DNA from: Neoechinorhynchus agilis
Taxonomy: Eukaryota > Animalia > Acanthocephala
Length of the DNA: 64,000 nucleotides
Direction: 5' to 3'
NCBI GenBank assembly: GCA_051530055.1
Contig: CM121342.1
Location: 716,797 to 780,796, forward strand
Shown: positions 48,304-58,771 of the stretch, piece after piece
How the letters are laid out: every line of letters starts with the position of its first letter
Numbering within the stretch: the stretch's first letter is position 1
Program-made: the position numbers and the translations under genes
Notes under the pieces: generated by a model
The model's input: the letters and a program-made list of their open reading frames with translations, nothing else
What the model was told of the DNA's origin: nothing
The model's database searches: none

Positions 48304-49788
48304 TCACAAGCTCTGTGAATCCGAAAGTTTTCTTAATTCCACTTCCATGGTCCTTTCCTGTGTAAATTCCCGTTCGAGTTCCTCAATTGATTTGTTCTTT
48401 GTTTCGGGCATCTTGAGATACAGAAGCACTAAGCTAATGAATATTATCCCTGCAAAGAGAGCGAAAACGTATCCTCGGAGATATCGATTGATCGCAGGAA
48501 AGAATAGGCACAGTAGAATGTTTCCAATGTAGTTTGCACACAACGAAACGCTCAGGGCTGCGTCTCTCGCATCGGCTCCGAATACTTCGCATGCGTAGAT
48601 GTAGGGAATTGGGCCAAGGCCAATCGCGAAACAGACAATAAAGAAGATGGTGCACGCCACCGCCGCCCATGCGATTGCTGGACTTTGCCAATTTGAATTT
48701 AACTCTATTAACGTTATCAATGCGATGAAATTTACAATCATCATCGTCATTGGGTACAACAATAGTGGACGGCGTCCGAAACGTTCAATGAGCGGCATAA
48801 CCAAGATGGTCACTCCCACGTTGATGAGTCCAGTGCAGACTGTTGAATATGGAAGCCAGAATTCGGTTATTCCAGCCGTTTCGAAAATCTGCGTGGAATA
48901 AAAAAATACGGCGTTGATACCGCAAAGTGCTTGAACGAACATGAGCACCATCGTTGTTATGAACTGCCATCGAAGTCGTTTCGCTGTAAACAATTTGAAT
49001 ACAGATATAGTTTCACCAGTTGTATTGTCATTTTGTTCAACCAAGAGTTGTCGAAGTTCTACATTTACTTCCTCTTCTGTCCTTCGAAGTCTACTCAATG
49101 ACCGACGTGCCTTTGATTCGTCTCTGTAAATGGCTAGAATTTGACTTGGACTGTCTTCCATTAAATTTGGTGTAAGAAAAAATGCTAACAATGATGTCAA
49201 TGATCCAAGGGCAAGTCCAATTGACCATACTGAATCTCGTCCGAAGAAAATGGGCGTTCCGATTATTTGAGCCACGAGGATTCCAATAGTTATGAATAAT
49301 TGGTGCATTGTTCCGGTCTTTCCTCGCAAAGATTGTGGACTGATTTCGTTTAAGTAGGGTGGCACAATGACGCATGCCATTCCACCTTGAAGTCCATTAA
49401 GAAACCTGCAATAGTAAAAAATAAGAGGAATTTTTCGGTACTGAGAGAAGATCATTGTTCCACTATAAATTATTGCCATTGTGTAATTAACATAAAACAT
49501 CCTTTTGCGATTGAAGAAGCTGGAGCATTTGAACCAAATTGATCCAGTAAAAGCGCCGATCAAGTTTCCGATCACAAATAGAGTTTGACTGATTCCACTT
49601 ACAAAGACCCTTTTAAATTCCGAGTCGTTTTCATTTTTCGTTGAATCAAGGAATGAATCGATGATTTTTGAATACTGATTAGGCCCACCTATTCCGTAAC
49701 CAAACATAAAAGATGCTGACATAGTAGCGATTAAACAACTTGTTAGCAAACGACATGTCCATATCGATTGAGAGGAGATAAACGGCAT
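48304..49788 (-). CDS. Facilitated glucose transporter (SLC2A/GLUT, MFS sugar porter), intronless, 494 aa
   Basis: FMFGYGIG, YLNEISPQSLRG, HQLFITIGIL, QALCGINAVFFYS, ERFGRRPL, GLGPIP, PETKNKS; 12 hydrophobic segments. Confidence 0.95.
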   Translation of the reverse strand: MPFISSQSIWTCRLLTSCLIATMSASFMFGYGIGGPNQYSKIIDSFLDSTKNENDSEFKRVFVSGISQTLFVIGNLIGAFTGSIWFKCSSFFNRKRMFYVNYTMAIIYSGTMIFSQYRKIPLIFYYCRFLNGLQGGMACVIVPPYLNEISPQSLRGKTGTMHQLFITIGILVAQIIGTPIFFGRDSVWSIGLALGSLTSLLAFFLTPNLMEDSPSQILAIYRDESKARRSLSRLRRTEEEVNVELRQLLVEQNDNTTGETISVFKLFTAKRLRWQFITTMVLMFVQALCGINAVFFYSTQIFETAGITEFWLPYSTVCTGLINVGVTILVMPLIERFGRRPLLLYPMTMMIVNFIALITLIELNSNWQSPAIAWAAVACTIFFIVCFAIGLGPIPYIYACEVFGADARDAALSVSLCANYIGNILLCLFFPAINRYLRGYVFALFAGIIFISLVLLYLKMPETKNKSIEELEREFTQERTMEVELRKLSDSQSL

Positions 49789-50344
49789 GTGAGAGAGCGA
49801 ATGATTTTACACTCTCGACTCGTTATCGCCTCCTTTTATACCCACGACGTTTTCAAACACAACGAAATGTAGTTGAGTAAATCGGTCGAAAACAAAAATG
49901 CATTCAATGGCAAGGTTGTTAAGGTTGTTTAGGTCGTTCAAGTCAACAAATGAAGTGTTTTTCCCATTCTAAAGTAAAATTCAAACATGAAACGTAAATG
50001 TTGAGCTTTAAGCGTGCACAAGAAATCAAAAATTCTAACTCTGGATTTTCTTGGCCGTCGTTCTGGCATCAATAATCGCCTGAAACATATTTCAAATTTA
50101 CTAAAGCTAAATTTGGGAATAACTAATCTCTTTTGTCTTTATTCAAACCATCTTCGATATCCCTTACTGAAGTCTAGCTGAAACTTGATTCGCTCTTTGA
50201 ATAATTTACTTTGACGCTCCTTCTTGGGAGCAGTTTCAAACGCAACATACTTAATATATCATAGAGAATTGTCGTCGGAGCGAATTTAATCGTTTTTTGG
50301 CGACTAGTTCCCCTGGGATAAGTTTGCATTGACATAATTATTAT

Positions 50345-50388
50345 TAGAAATATTTCGTGAACGTTGTGTTCACCTCTTCAGTCTTGTC
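50345..50388 (-). ncRNA. Minimal hammerhead in the 3' pLTR (sense to the ORF)
   Basis: AGA-CTGAAGA-G-GTGAAC acaac GTTCAC-GAAA-TAT-T-TCT. Confidence 0.65.
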
Positions 50389-52280
50389 TAAAAATACACA
50401 CACTGAGTGTTAGGCTTTTCAACTCGGATCCGCGGGTCCGCTATGCCCGATTACGACGTTGGTTTCGTGCGTACTCTCTGCGTTTCGATATCGATTTTTG
50501 GTTTTTGTTTTTGGTTGTTTATCTATCAAGACGGGCAATGCTAGGGTGAAATTTGATTTGTTCCCCCCATTGTTGGATTATTATCGATTTGGATGGCTTC
50601 CAATACCAATCTCCTTGCTTAGATCAGCTTCCTCGTGAATGAATTTTGCTTTTTTAAAACCTACTGAGTGCTGTGTCTTTTCTTGGTGATTGGAGATAGC
50701 CGAGACCGCATCAAACTTTCTGCATGCTTGTTTGTGCTGCTGTACTCTCTTTTTTAGACCCTGCTTCGTCTGTCCTATGTATGAGAGACTGCACTTGTTG
50801 CATGGGATTTTATATACTCCTTGATCTGTATTTCTTACATTCCTCTTTTTTAGGATCCCGGTTATGGTAGGACCTTTCCTGCTTCTGATTCTAACTCTGA
50901 GCAATGATTTGTGCAGGCAGTTTAGTATTTTGTATGAGGCATCACTGACGAAGTTGAAGAGGAGATATTTGATTGTGTTTTGTGTGCTTTGTGTTTTTTC
51001 TTCGATGGCGTTGCGAGACCGATTTGGGGATAGCCTCGTGCCTGGAGAGAGTATTCTATGTTCTTTTTCTCTAACTTGAAGTCCTTAGTCGATATTATTC
51101 TCCTCGCTCATGTAAAATAGGATATCACTGTGGCTAGCTTGTACTTGATGGGCTGGTGGCTCGTCCAATTAGGTGGTCCCCAGGTCCTATACATGGATGG
51201 AGTTCTTCGGACCATAACATCCAGGAAAGGTATGCCCCGTCCACTTCCTGGGTAACAGACCACTGTATGTGGCTGTCAGCGGTGTTAAGGTCTGTGTGCA
51301 ATTGGTCAGTCTTCAGCTCTTGATCCGTTACTATGAACGTGTCATCGACATATCTGACCCACCGCTTGATATACTTGTGCTTAGATGTGAAGGTATCTTC
51401 CCATCTCCGCATGTATAGATCTGCCAGGGTGGGTGCCAATGGGGATCCCATTGCATTGATCGTAGTACATTTGTTCAAACTCGAAAGCCGTCCTACGTGT
51501 GCACCACTCTATCAGTGTTGACCATGTCTTTTGATCGAGGCTTGGCTCCAGACATTTCTCTTCCAATATTTGGCTGCCAAGGCGATGGTTTCTTTTAATG
51601 GTATGTCGGTGAATAATGAATGGACGTCTGCTGTGAAGAGTCGTTCTGTGTTGTACCGTTCGTTCTTGATCATCGTGGCAAATGAAGGACCATCCGCAAT
51701 GTAAGACGGAGCTGTGGATAAGGCATCGCGAATTAACGAGTTGATTTTCTTGGCTAGTTTGTGGTTGAATGAATTGTAACTGTAAATTATTGGTCTCCAT
51801 TCCAGGCTAGGCTTATGTATATTGGGAGACATATAATAAAGCACTTGGGCCGTAGTTGACCTCGTTTGTTGGTAAAATGTCTCAGATACTTTGGAAGCTC
51901 TTATCAATTGCTTCAATAACGAGTTCAAGCTTGTTTCTCTCTTTTTTGTGGATCTTGTTCCAGTTTGGCGAATTTATCACTGTTTAGGAGGGTCATGACT
52001 GCGTTCCTGTAGACTACCTGATCAACCGCCACAGTGGCTCGCCCCTTGTCTGCTTTGAAAATGACTGTATTGGTTAGTTTTTTCAGATTCTTAAGAATGG
52101 CATAGTCCCTATCATTGTTCCTTGAGTTGTCGTATCTGGCGTGTGAGTCATATGTAGCCATGTTGCAGGTTATCGATATCCAAACGCAGGGAGTAAGCAC
52201 GAAACCAACGTCGTAATCGGGCATAGCGGACCCGCGGATCCGAGCTAAAAGGCCTAACACTCAGTGTGTGTGTATTTTTA

Positions 52281-52325
52281 GACAAGACTGAAGAGGTGAA
52301 CACAACGTTCACGAAATATTTCTAA
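52281..52325 (+). ncRNA. Minimal hammerhead in the inverted 5' pLTR
   Basis: Same motif as 50345-50388 on the opposite strand; core at 52288-52294, GAAA at 52313-52316. Confidence 0.65.
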
Positions 52326-52390
52326 TATTAATTATGTCAATGCAAACTTATCCGGGAGTAACTAGTCGCCAAAAAACGATACTTAATATA

Positions 52391-52691
52391 TTATGGAAAG
52401 CCTCTTTTCCCAACACCCTCATGTTTTATTCCAGATTTATTATCGAACGGAAAATGGGTGTTTTGTTTATTTATTGCTTCAAATTTTCGACGCCTTGCGT
52501 CTTCGCCAGGAAGCTTTTCTTCGGTTATCTGAAAAGGAATCAGAAGAGGGAGCTGACGGACAGCGTTGCCCTCCTCTGATTCCCTTTCAGATAACCGAAG
52601 GAAAGCTTCCTGACGAAGACGCAAGGCGTCGAAAATTTGAAGTAAGAAATAAATAAAACACCCATTTTCCGTTCGATAATAAATCTGGAAT
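52391..52691. repeat. Palindromic hammerhead-bearing element, copy B, flanked by 12-bp direct repeats atacttaatata
   Basis: ~125-bp arms with a ~20-nt loop. Direct repeats at 52379-52390 and 52690-52701. Confidence 0.92.
52605..52643 (+). ncRNA. Minimal type I hammerhead ribozyme (intact core)
   Basis: GCTTC-CTGACGA-A-GACGC aag GCGTC-GAAA-ATT-T-GAAGT. Confidence 0.8.
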
Positions 52692-53074
52692 ACTTAATAT
52701 AATTTTAACGACTTATTGAGAGCAAGACTAACTTTCACAATTAATAAATTGAACCGCCGGCATGAATATTTATATGAACGTTCTTAAACAATGCTCCAAA
52801 TAATGACGAATTGGGTTGTAGCTTTGAATTGCAATCAAATTCAGCTAGTTTATTTCGTTCTTTGAATTTCAATCGTTTTTGCAGTCCTTACCTGCTGTCG
52901 AGGTCATGCGGAGATTTGATAAATAGCATTTTTAAGAATATTTCCCCCTTCTAGAAACTTGAATTTTTCGCTATGCCGTTTCATTATTAGAAACAATTAG
53001 ATTTATGGTGTGAGCTAATCACTGGCAGAAAATATTTATTAAAGCTGTCAGATGCTGCGTTTGCAACCTATGAA

Positions 53075-53710
53075 GAAACTAATCTTCAAATTCCCCTACT
53101 TTGCTGTCGATGTGGGTCTTTGATCGATGCTTTCGGGCGACACGGTCTCGTTTGCCGAAAGTCAGGAGGAAGGGTCACACGCCATTCTGAGATCAATATC
53201 GTAATTTCTCGGGCGTTGAGAACGGCGAACTTCCCCGACATCTTGGAACCCGTCCATCTTTGCCGACTGGGCGGTCTTCGACCTGACGGAATTTCGGTCT
53301 TTCCGTGGCGGGAGGGCAAATGCCTTCTATGGGCGCCCTCGCAGTAGCAACATACCGTAATCTCGAAATCGCCGGTGGTGCAGCCAATGCAGCGGAAGGG
53401 CGGAAGGGCGGAAGGTACGAAAATATAGGGATTTAGCAAGGGCCCACTATTTTGTCCCCTTCGGAGTAGAGACGCATGGAGCGCGTGACAGCTCGGCACT
53501 CACTGTGCTCCAGGATCTCGAAGAAATTCAGAGAAACGACCGGCGACGCACGGGCAAGTGCATTCCTGCGACAAAATTTCTCGCTTGCAGTACAATGATG
53601 CAATGCTGCTAGCGTGATGGCGACAGCCGAGGAGGGAGAGAAGCGCCAATTTTGCGGACGGCGGTGATTGCACGTTTTGTACTTTATTATGTTCTACAAA
53701 TAAAAATAAA
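53075..53710 (+). mobile_element. 5'-truncated CRE-like element (zinc finger + RLE + A-rich tail)
   Basis: HGLVCRKSGG..RHSEIN...RPDGISVFPWREGKCLLW, VETHGA, and an aaataaaaataaaa tail. Confidence 0.8.
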
Positions 53711-55924
53711 ATTTAATTAATTCCGTTCAAACGTAAAACATTGTTAAATTTGACCACAAAATCTGATAATGTTTTCGGCTCTTGAATTTTCAATCATTAG
53801 TTTTATTTGTGTAATAGACTATTAACACTCAGAAAAAAAATCCCAAAAAGTACGGTGATTCTAACTTTGCTTTTCAATCATGAACTTGTGAAATTATTTA
53901 CGTTGTGTTCGTTTTGCCATTTTTGCATAAGATTTTGTCGTCGCGATTTGATTTAACATAAAAGCACTGATAACTTGCAAGGTTGTTGATGTTAGTCTTT
54001 TAGACTGAAAAACATGAAATTCACAGGTGGAGCAGCAAAGTTCGACAATGAAAAAGGCATTATTTCAATTATTAAAAGAAAAAAATATAGCCACAACCCC
54101 GCAGCTTCAGTTAAATTCGACCGCCCGATTCATTCCATAATTTTATTTGTTATTAAAGCGTTTCGAGAGCCGTTTAATCACTAATATTAATAAGCGATAA
54201 GCTCCTAGCAGCTATTTAGCGAAACATATTTGTATTATCCGATAAAACTGGTAGTCAACCCATTAAATAATATCTAGAATTTACAAAGGAACTTTAATAG
54301 CAATAGTGAGATTTAAGCTCTGAAGGAATGTCAATACAATATTGAAATTCGCATTTTATAACTGATAGACACATTAATCTTCATTTCTGCAACAATTCGG
54401 TTTAGCCTTTATCGTTCATCTAAGCATCTGTTCGATATTATTTCATGATTAACTGCACTACATGCTACCAGATGCAAATGAGTTCGATATTTTTTATCCT
54501 AAATAGTGTTTCGAGTTTTAATTCGTACTTCTAAAGATGCATAGAATCATCAGACAAACGCTACCCAGATTCACGACTGTTGTATGAGAACTTGTTGGAA
54601 AATATAAAAAGATCGGCAGATTATTTGTTTACCTTTTCTTTCCATAACTGACAAAAATAGATGAATTTTGTTGTATTTGTTCAAACACAGGTTGAACGCC
54701 TAGACACTCTCGTTGTTGTTCATTCTTAGGCCTATAGACGAATAATGAATTAGAATATGGACCGAAGCTTGCTCGAATTGTTGCCTCAATATCAAAATGG
54801 AGTGCATGTGCTATTGGCTACGTATTATACAGCACCAAATCGATGTTTCTTTGTATCCTGCGGTCCTTGAACTGATTGAAGGGTGTTGAACGATGTCTTT
54901 ACAAGTGGTTTATTGGGTGATCTTTAACTAACCGAACTGTATTTCCATTGTCCTGTAGCTTTCTGAACGTTTCCTTGGATTGTGACTTTGCTACATTATT
55001 TATCTACTACTTTTGTTTTTAAAATCTTTCTTCTGTCCGTTGGATTTATGACTTTGAAAAGATTGGTAATTGATTTCTTCATAAAATAATTAACTCCAAT
55101 CACATTATTTTGAACATATACAAACAAAAATTCTAGTTAGCGGAGGAGGCAATATGATATAAATTGGAATTAGTTAAAACATATTTAGCTAAAGGAAGTC
55201 ACGACGAAAGCATAATGCCCCCTGGGCCCAGTTCTGACATAAGGTCAGATTCAAATCATGAATCGATTCCTTAACATTTAAAAAATTTACTCGATGGACA
55301 AAAATGCTACGGGAGTTTCCACAGATAGTTTCAGCTCCATCGATCATACTCTGTGATTGGCTTTATTTCTATATCTCGTTCAATGGAGGTTATACTGCGG
55401 ATTCGACATGAGTAAGGAGACCTTCGAGAGAAATTTTCAAATTGTATGTAACTATCTTCGAGAATTTTAATAAACCATTCCTCCACTCTAAGGTCAATAA
55501 ACGCAACCATTGTGCGGAACTTGTTAGGGAATACCCGTTTATTGCTATAGTAGCATAGCCGATGATTTTCCGTTGGATTTAGATAATCTTGGAAATATTT
55601 CCTAGTAAAATTCTGAATGCGAATATTTTCCAATTTTTCCCAGTGAATTCTTATGAGAATATTCAACTTCGGAGTGGAGCGTTTTACGAAATGGGCTGAT
55701 TGATCTTTTGAGAGAATGGTCGAAGAATCCCTAACCGGAAAACACTCACCCAATTGCGATTAGGGGGAAAACCAATCTTCCATAATTCATTGATCTGCGG
55801 CTCAACTATATTAGACTACATAAGAGGAACGCCTAGATCGTCCGGGTGGAATTGGCCAACCTATTATCTGTAAGCTTTGGCATCCGCCTGGTTTCCGCCA
55901 TGATGATGAATAAAAGACGCTCAG

Positions 55925-58016
55925 CAGCAAACTTTTGAAGTACTGAATATTGACAACTTTCAGATGCATCTCCACCTACAAGTAAATTAAACATCTTATT
56001 CACAAAGACTCTCCAGCTTTCCTTTTAGGACTTTCGATTAATATGTGCAAATGCGTAAATGTTTTATTGATTGAACGATTGATAATAGCGGCTTGCTCAG
56101 GCCCTCCTACAAATTGTCCTAGTTAACTCCCTGTTAATCATCCAAAAAAGTCCTTGCAATAAACAAGGTTATAAAGGTACTGATTAATGAAAATCATTTG
56201 ACTAGGAATAAAACTGCTGAATTATATTGAGCTCCACTTGTGCTCCATTTTAACTTTTTCGTTTTTCGAGTCAAGCTCGTTAAAAAATTAAGCCAAATAA
56301 GCGGGAAGCGATTTGTATCGCGAAATTCTAAGAGATTGAGACGAATCACTGCCGATCCGAGATCAGGAGCATTCGTCCTACAAAACATAAGTCTATCTGT
56401 GCAACGAGGGAACATCAGAGAAGTGATATGACCACTTAAACTCTGATGGAACTTTAAGAGTTCGTACTTCTCTCTGGATCCTCAGATACATCCAGGAGGT
56501 TTCATCCCGCGAGTTTTCGAATCGTTGATCGTTTTCACGAAAAATATATTCGTTTGATATTATTTTTATACGAATGCTTTTGAAAATGTCGGATTTTTTG
56601 TATCTCATTTTTGAGACAGCAATACAAATTATCCCGAAACTCGAACTTTCATGGCGCTTCTTTTGCTGAAAAATGTCTTTGATATGTGAATCTGTTGAAC
56701 TTTTTGGCATACTGTACATAACGGGAGTGTAGCTCAGTGGTAGAGCATTCGACTGCAGATCGAGAGGTCCCCGGTTCAATCCCGGGCGCTCCCTTTCAAA
56801 ACGACCATTTCCACCAAATTTTATAACAAACATTCAAGCACAAAGCAAGTTGAGATTTTTTCGAAATTCGCATTCCATAAGAGAACACCGGAGATCGGAT
56901 TTTTGATGCTGCCAGAGATCATCCCATTGAAGGTAATCCTGATAACAATTTTTAAACTTTAGGTATTTTTCTCGAATTGATTTATTCACCTTTCAATTTT
57001 TGGATTATGCTGCCAAATGTAAGAAATTATAAAACTCGAACACGGCTGAGCTCATCTTAAAGCACACTTATAAAATTTTTATCTTACATTTAAAGAAGTA
57101 AAGTGACGTAGTAAAGGCGAAATGCTTCTGAATGCGTTTACAAGATTGAACCGAAAACATCGATTAACATTTCCCAATTGGGTTTAAATTTTTTATTCCG
57201 AAGATCGTTCTGTCGATGTAAACGACCTTTTCTCTAAAGTTTTATTGTGCTGTTGTTTGTTTATGTTGCTGGCAAATTCTGAAATTAAATAATAGAGCAA
57301 AATGAAATACTTTTAGTTGCAATTTGATAGCGCGAGGTTTAATTTGTATTAAATTTCCGACACGTATAAATATATCGTTTTTCTTTGAAAATGTCTTAAT
57401 TCCATTATTCACGATTGAATGTTCTTTATACGGCAGAAAAAGGTCGAACATCTCATATTTCAGGCAATCGAACATTAAAAACTTTGAGTTTTTCGAGTTT
57501 AGAATCTAAGAAGCGTGAGTTATTGATGTAGAAATTAGTTTTTGATCGACAGTAAGAATCTCTTCACGGAAACATTTCGATTTTCGTTAAATTTTTTGTC
57601 GACAAGTTATTCTTTTTAATGTCTGAGAACGTCAAAGACACCAAATCTTTTATAAAATTTAAATTTATAAAAGAAGGTCAGGCTGATCTAAGAAAGGTGA
57701 TAACTCTTTAACTTGGTTCAAGTTATATTTTCTTTTAAATGTGTATAACGGGCGAGTTTCTACCTAAATAACAATGCAGCAGAAAGCATGTTTTAAATAA
57801 GGTCGGCTCTCAAAGTAATCTTCGACAATAATCAAAAATTGACCTCTACGCTTTTTTTAATTAATTTCATGGGCGCAAAAAAGTTGTTTTGATCTTCATT
57901 GGGCATTCGTTATTCACCGATATTTTTTGCTTTGAACTGCAATGAGAAAAGCTCTCTACTTCGCGTTAATGTGATTTTAGTTCTATATTTCGTTAGACGT
58001 CCTACAGAAAAACTTT
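55925..58016 (+). repeat. ~2.1-kb segmental duplication, copy B
   Basis: Near-identical to 44224-46322. Confidence 0.95.
56723..56794 (+). tRNA. tRNA-Cys(GCA), duplicate
   Basis: Identical to 45022-45093. Confidence 0.97.
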
Positions 58017-58329
58017 CTGCAAATTTTCGAAATATCGTAGGACCCACAAATGCGACGGAAAAGCTAAAACGGCTAAGGCAAAGTATTGGCATTTTACGCT
58101 CATTGCAACAACCAGGTAGTCGATTTCGTCTAGAGGTAAAAGCAACCTAAACGGTTGTAGGAAGTTGGTTATAAAACACGTTGAATGGTGCGATTAAATA
58201 GTTTTTTGATTGACCTGGGCAAGAGTAAAGTATTGGCGAGTGTATGTATTCCGCTCATTTTTAAACATACGAACATAAGAAATTTTGAAAAATGTAAAGT
58301 AAGATATTTTATCACTTCGTCAAAATCAA

Positions 58330-58771
58330 TCAATTTGCACACTTGAGGGCTGTATTAACAACATTTCGTAGCTCGGTTTTTTGTTCATCGCTCAATTTCA
58401 TTTTCCTGATCCGATTACGCAAAGCATTCGGATTTGAGACTGGAAACCGTTTCACGTACTTCTTCAAATGAGTTGTAATTTGAGCACTGCAAGCACTCAA
58501 CAACTCGCTTTCCCTCTGCGGACAAAGGCGTTCAATTCTATGTAAAACGTTTAGCGCAACCTTAATATCTGATCGCACAATAACGATTTTCTTGTTCACT
58601 TGTCGAACCGAGGATTTCAACTTGCGAAACTGCTCCTCGGAGGCTCGAATCATGATTGTGCACTTCTTGAAGCTTAGACATTGCACAGTGACCAAAACTT
58701 GGTTTTGGGATAGTCTACGCGATCTTTTCCTTGGGTTTTTAATGCTGCGTTCATCTAAAATGAAAGCACGG
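58330..58771 (-). pseudogene. Internally deleted copy of the HMG-box-like gene
   Basis: Shares the N-terminal KPRKRSRR and the C-terminal EEQFRKL...ALKCAN with 62139-62795 but lacks most of the HMG-like segment. Confidence 0.65.

Larger units (their letters stand above)
50289..52380 (-). mobile_element. Penelope-like retroelement (RT + GIY-YIG, frameshifted) with ~205-bp inverted pseudo-LTRs
   Basis: MGSPLAPTLADLYM, WVRYVDDTF, GVYKIPCNKC..YIGQT..KRVQQH. 50289-50495 is the reverse complement of 52172-52380. Confidence 0.92.

Noticed and set aside
54700-55900. Possible highly eroded Penelope remnant
   Set aside because: Only faint GIY-YIG-like residues; not supportable.
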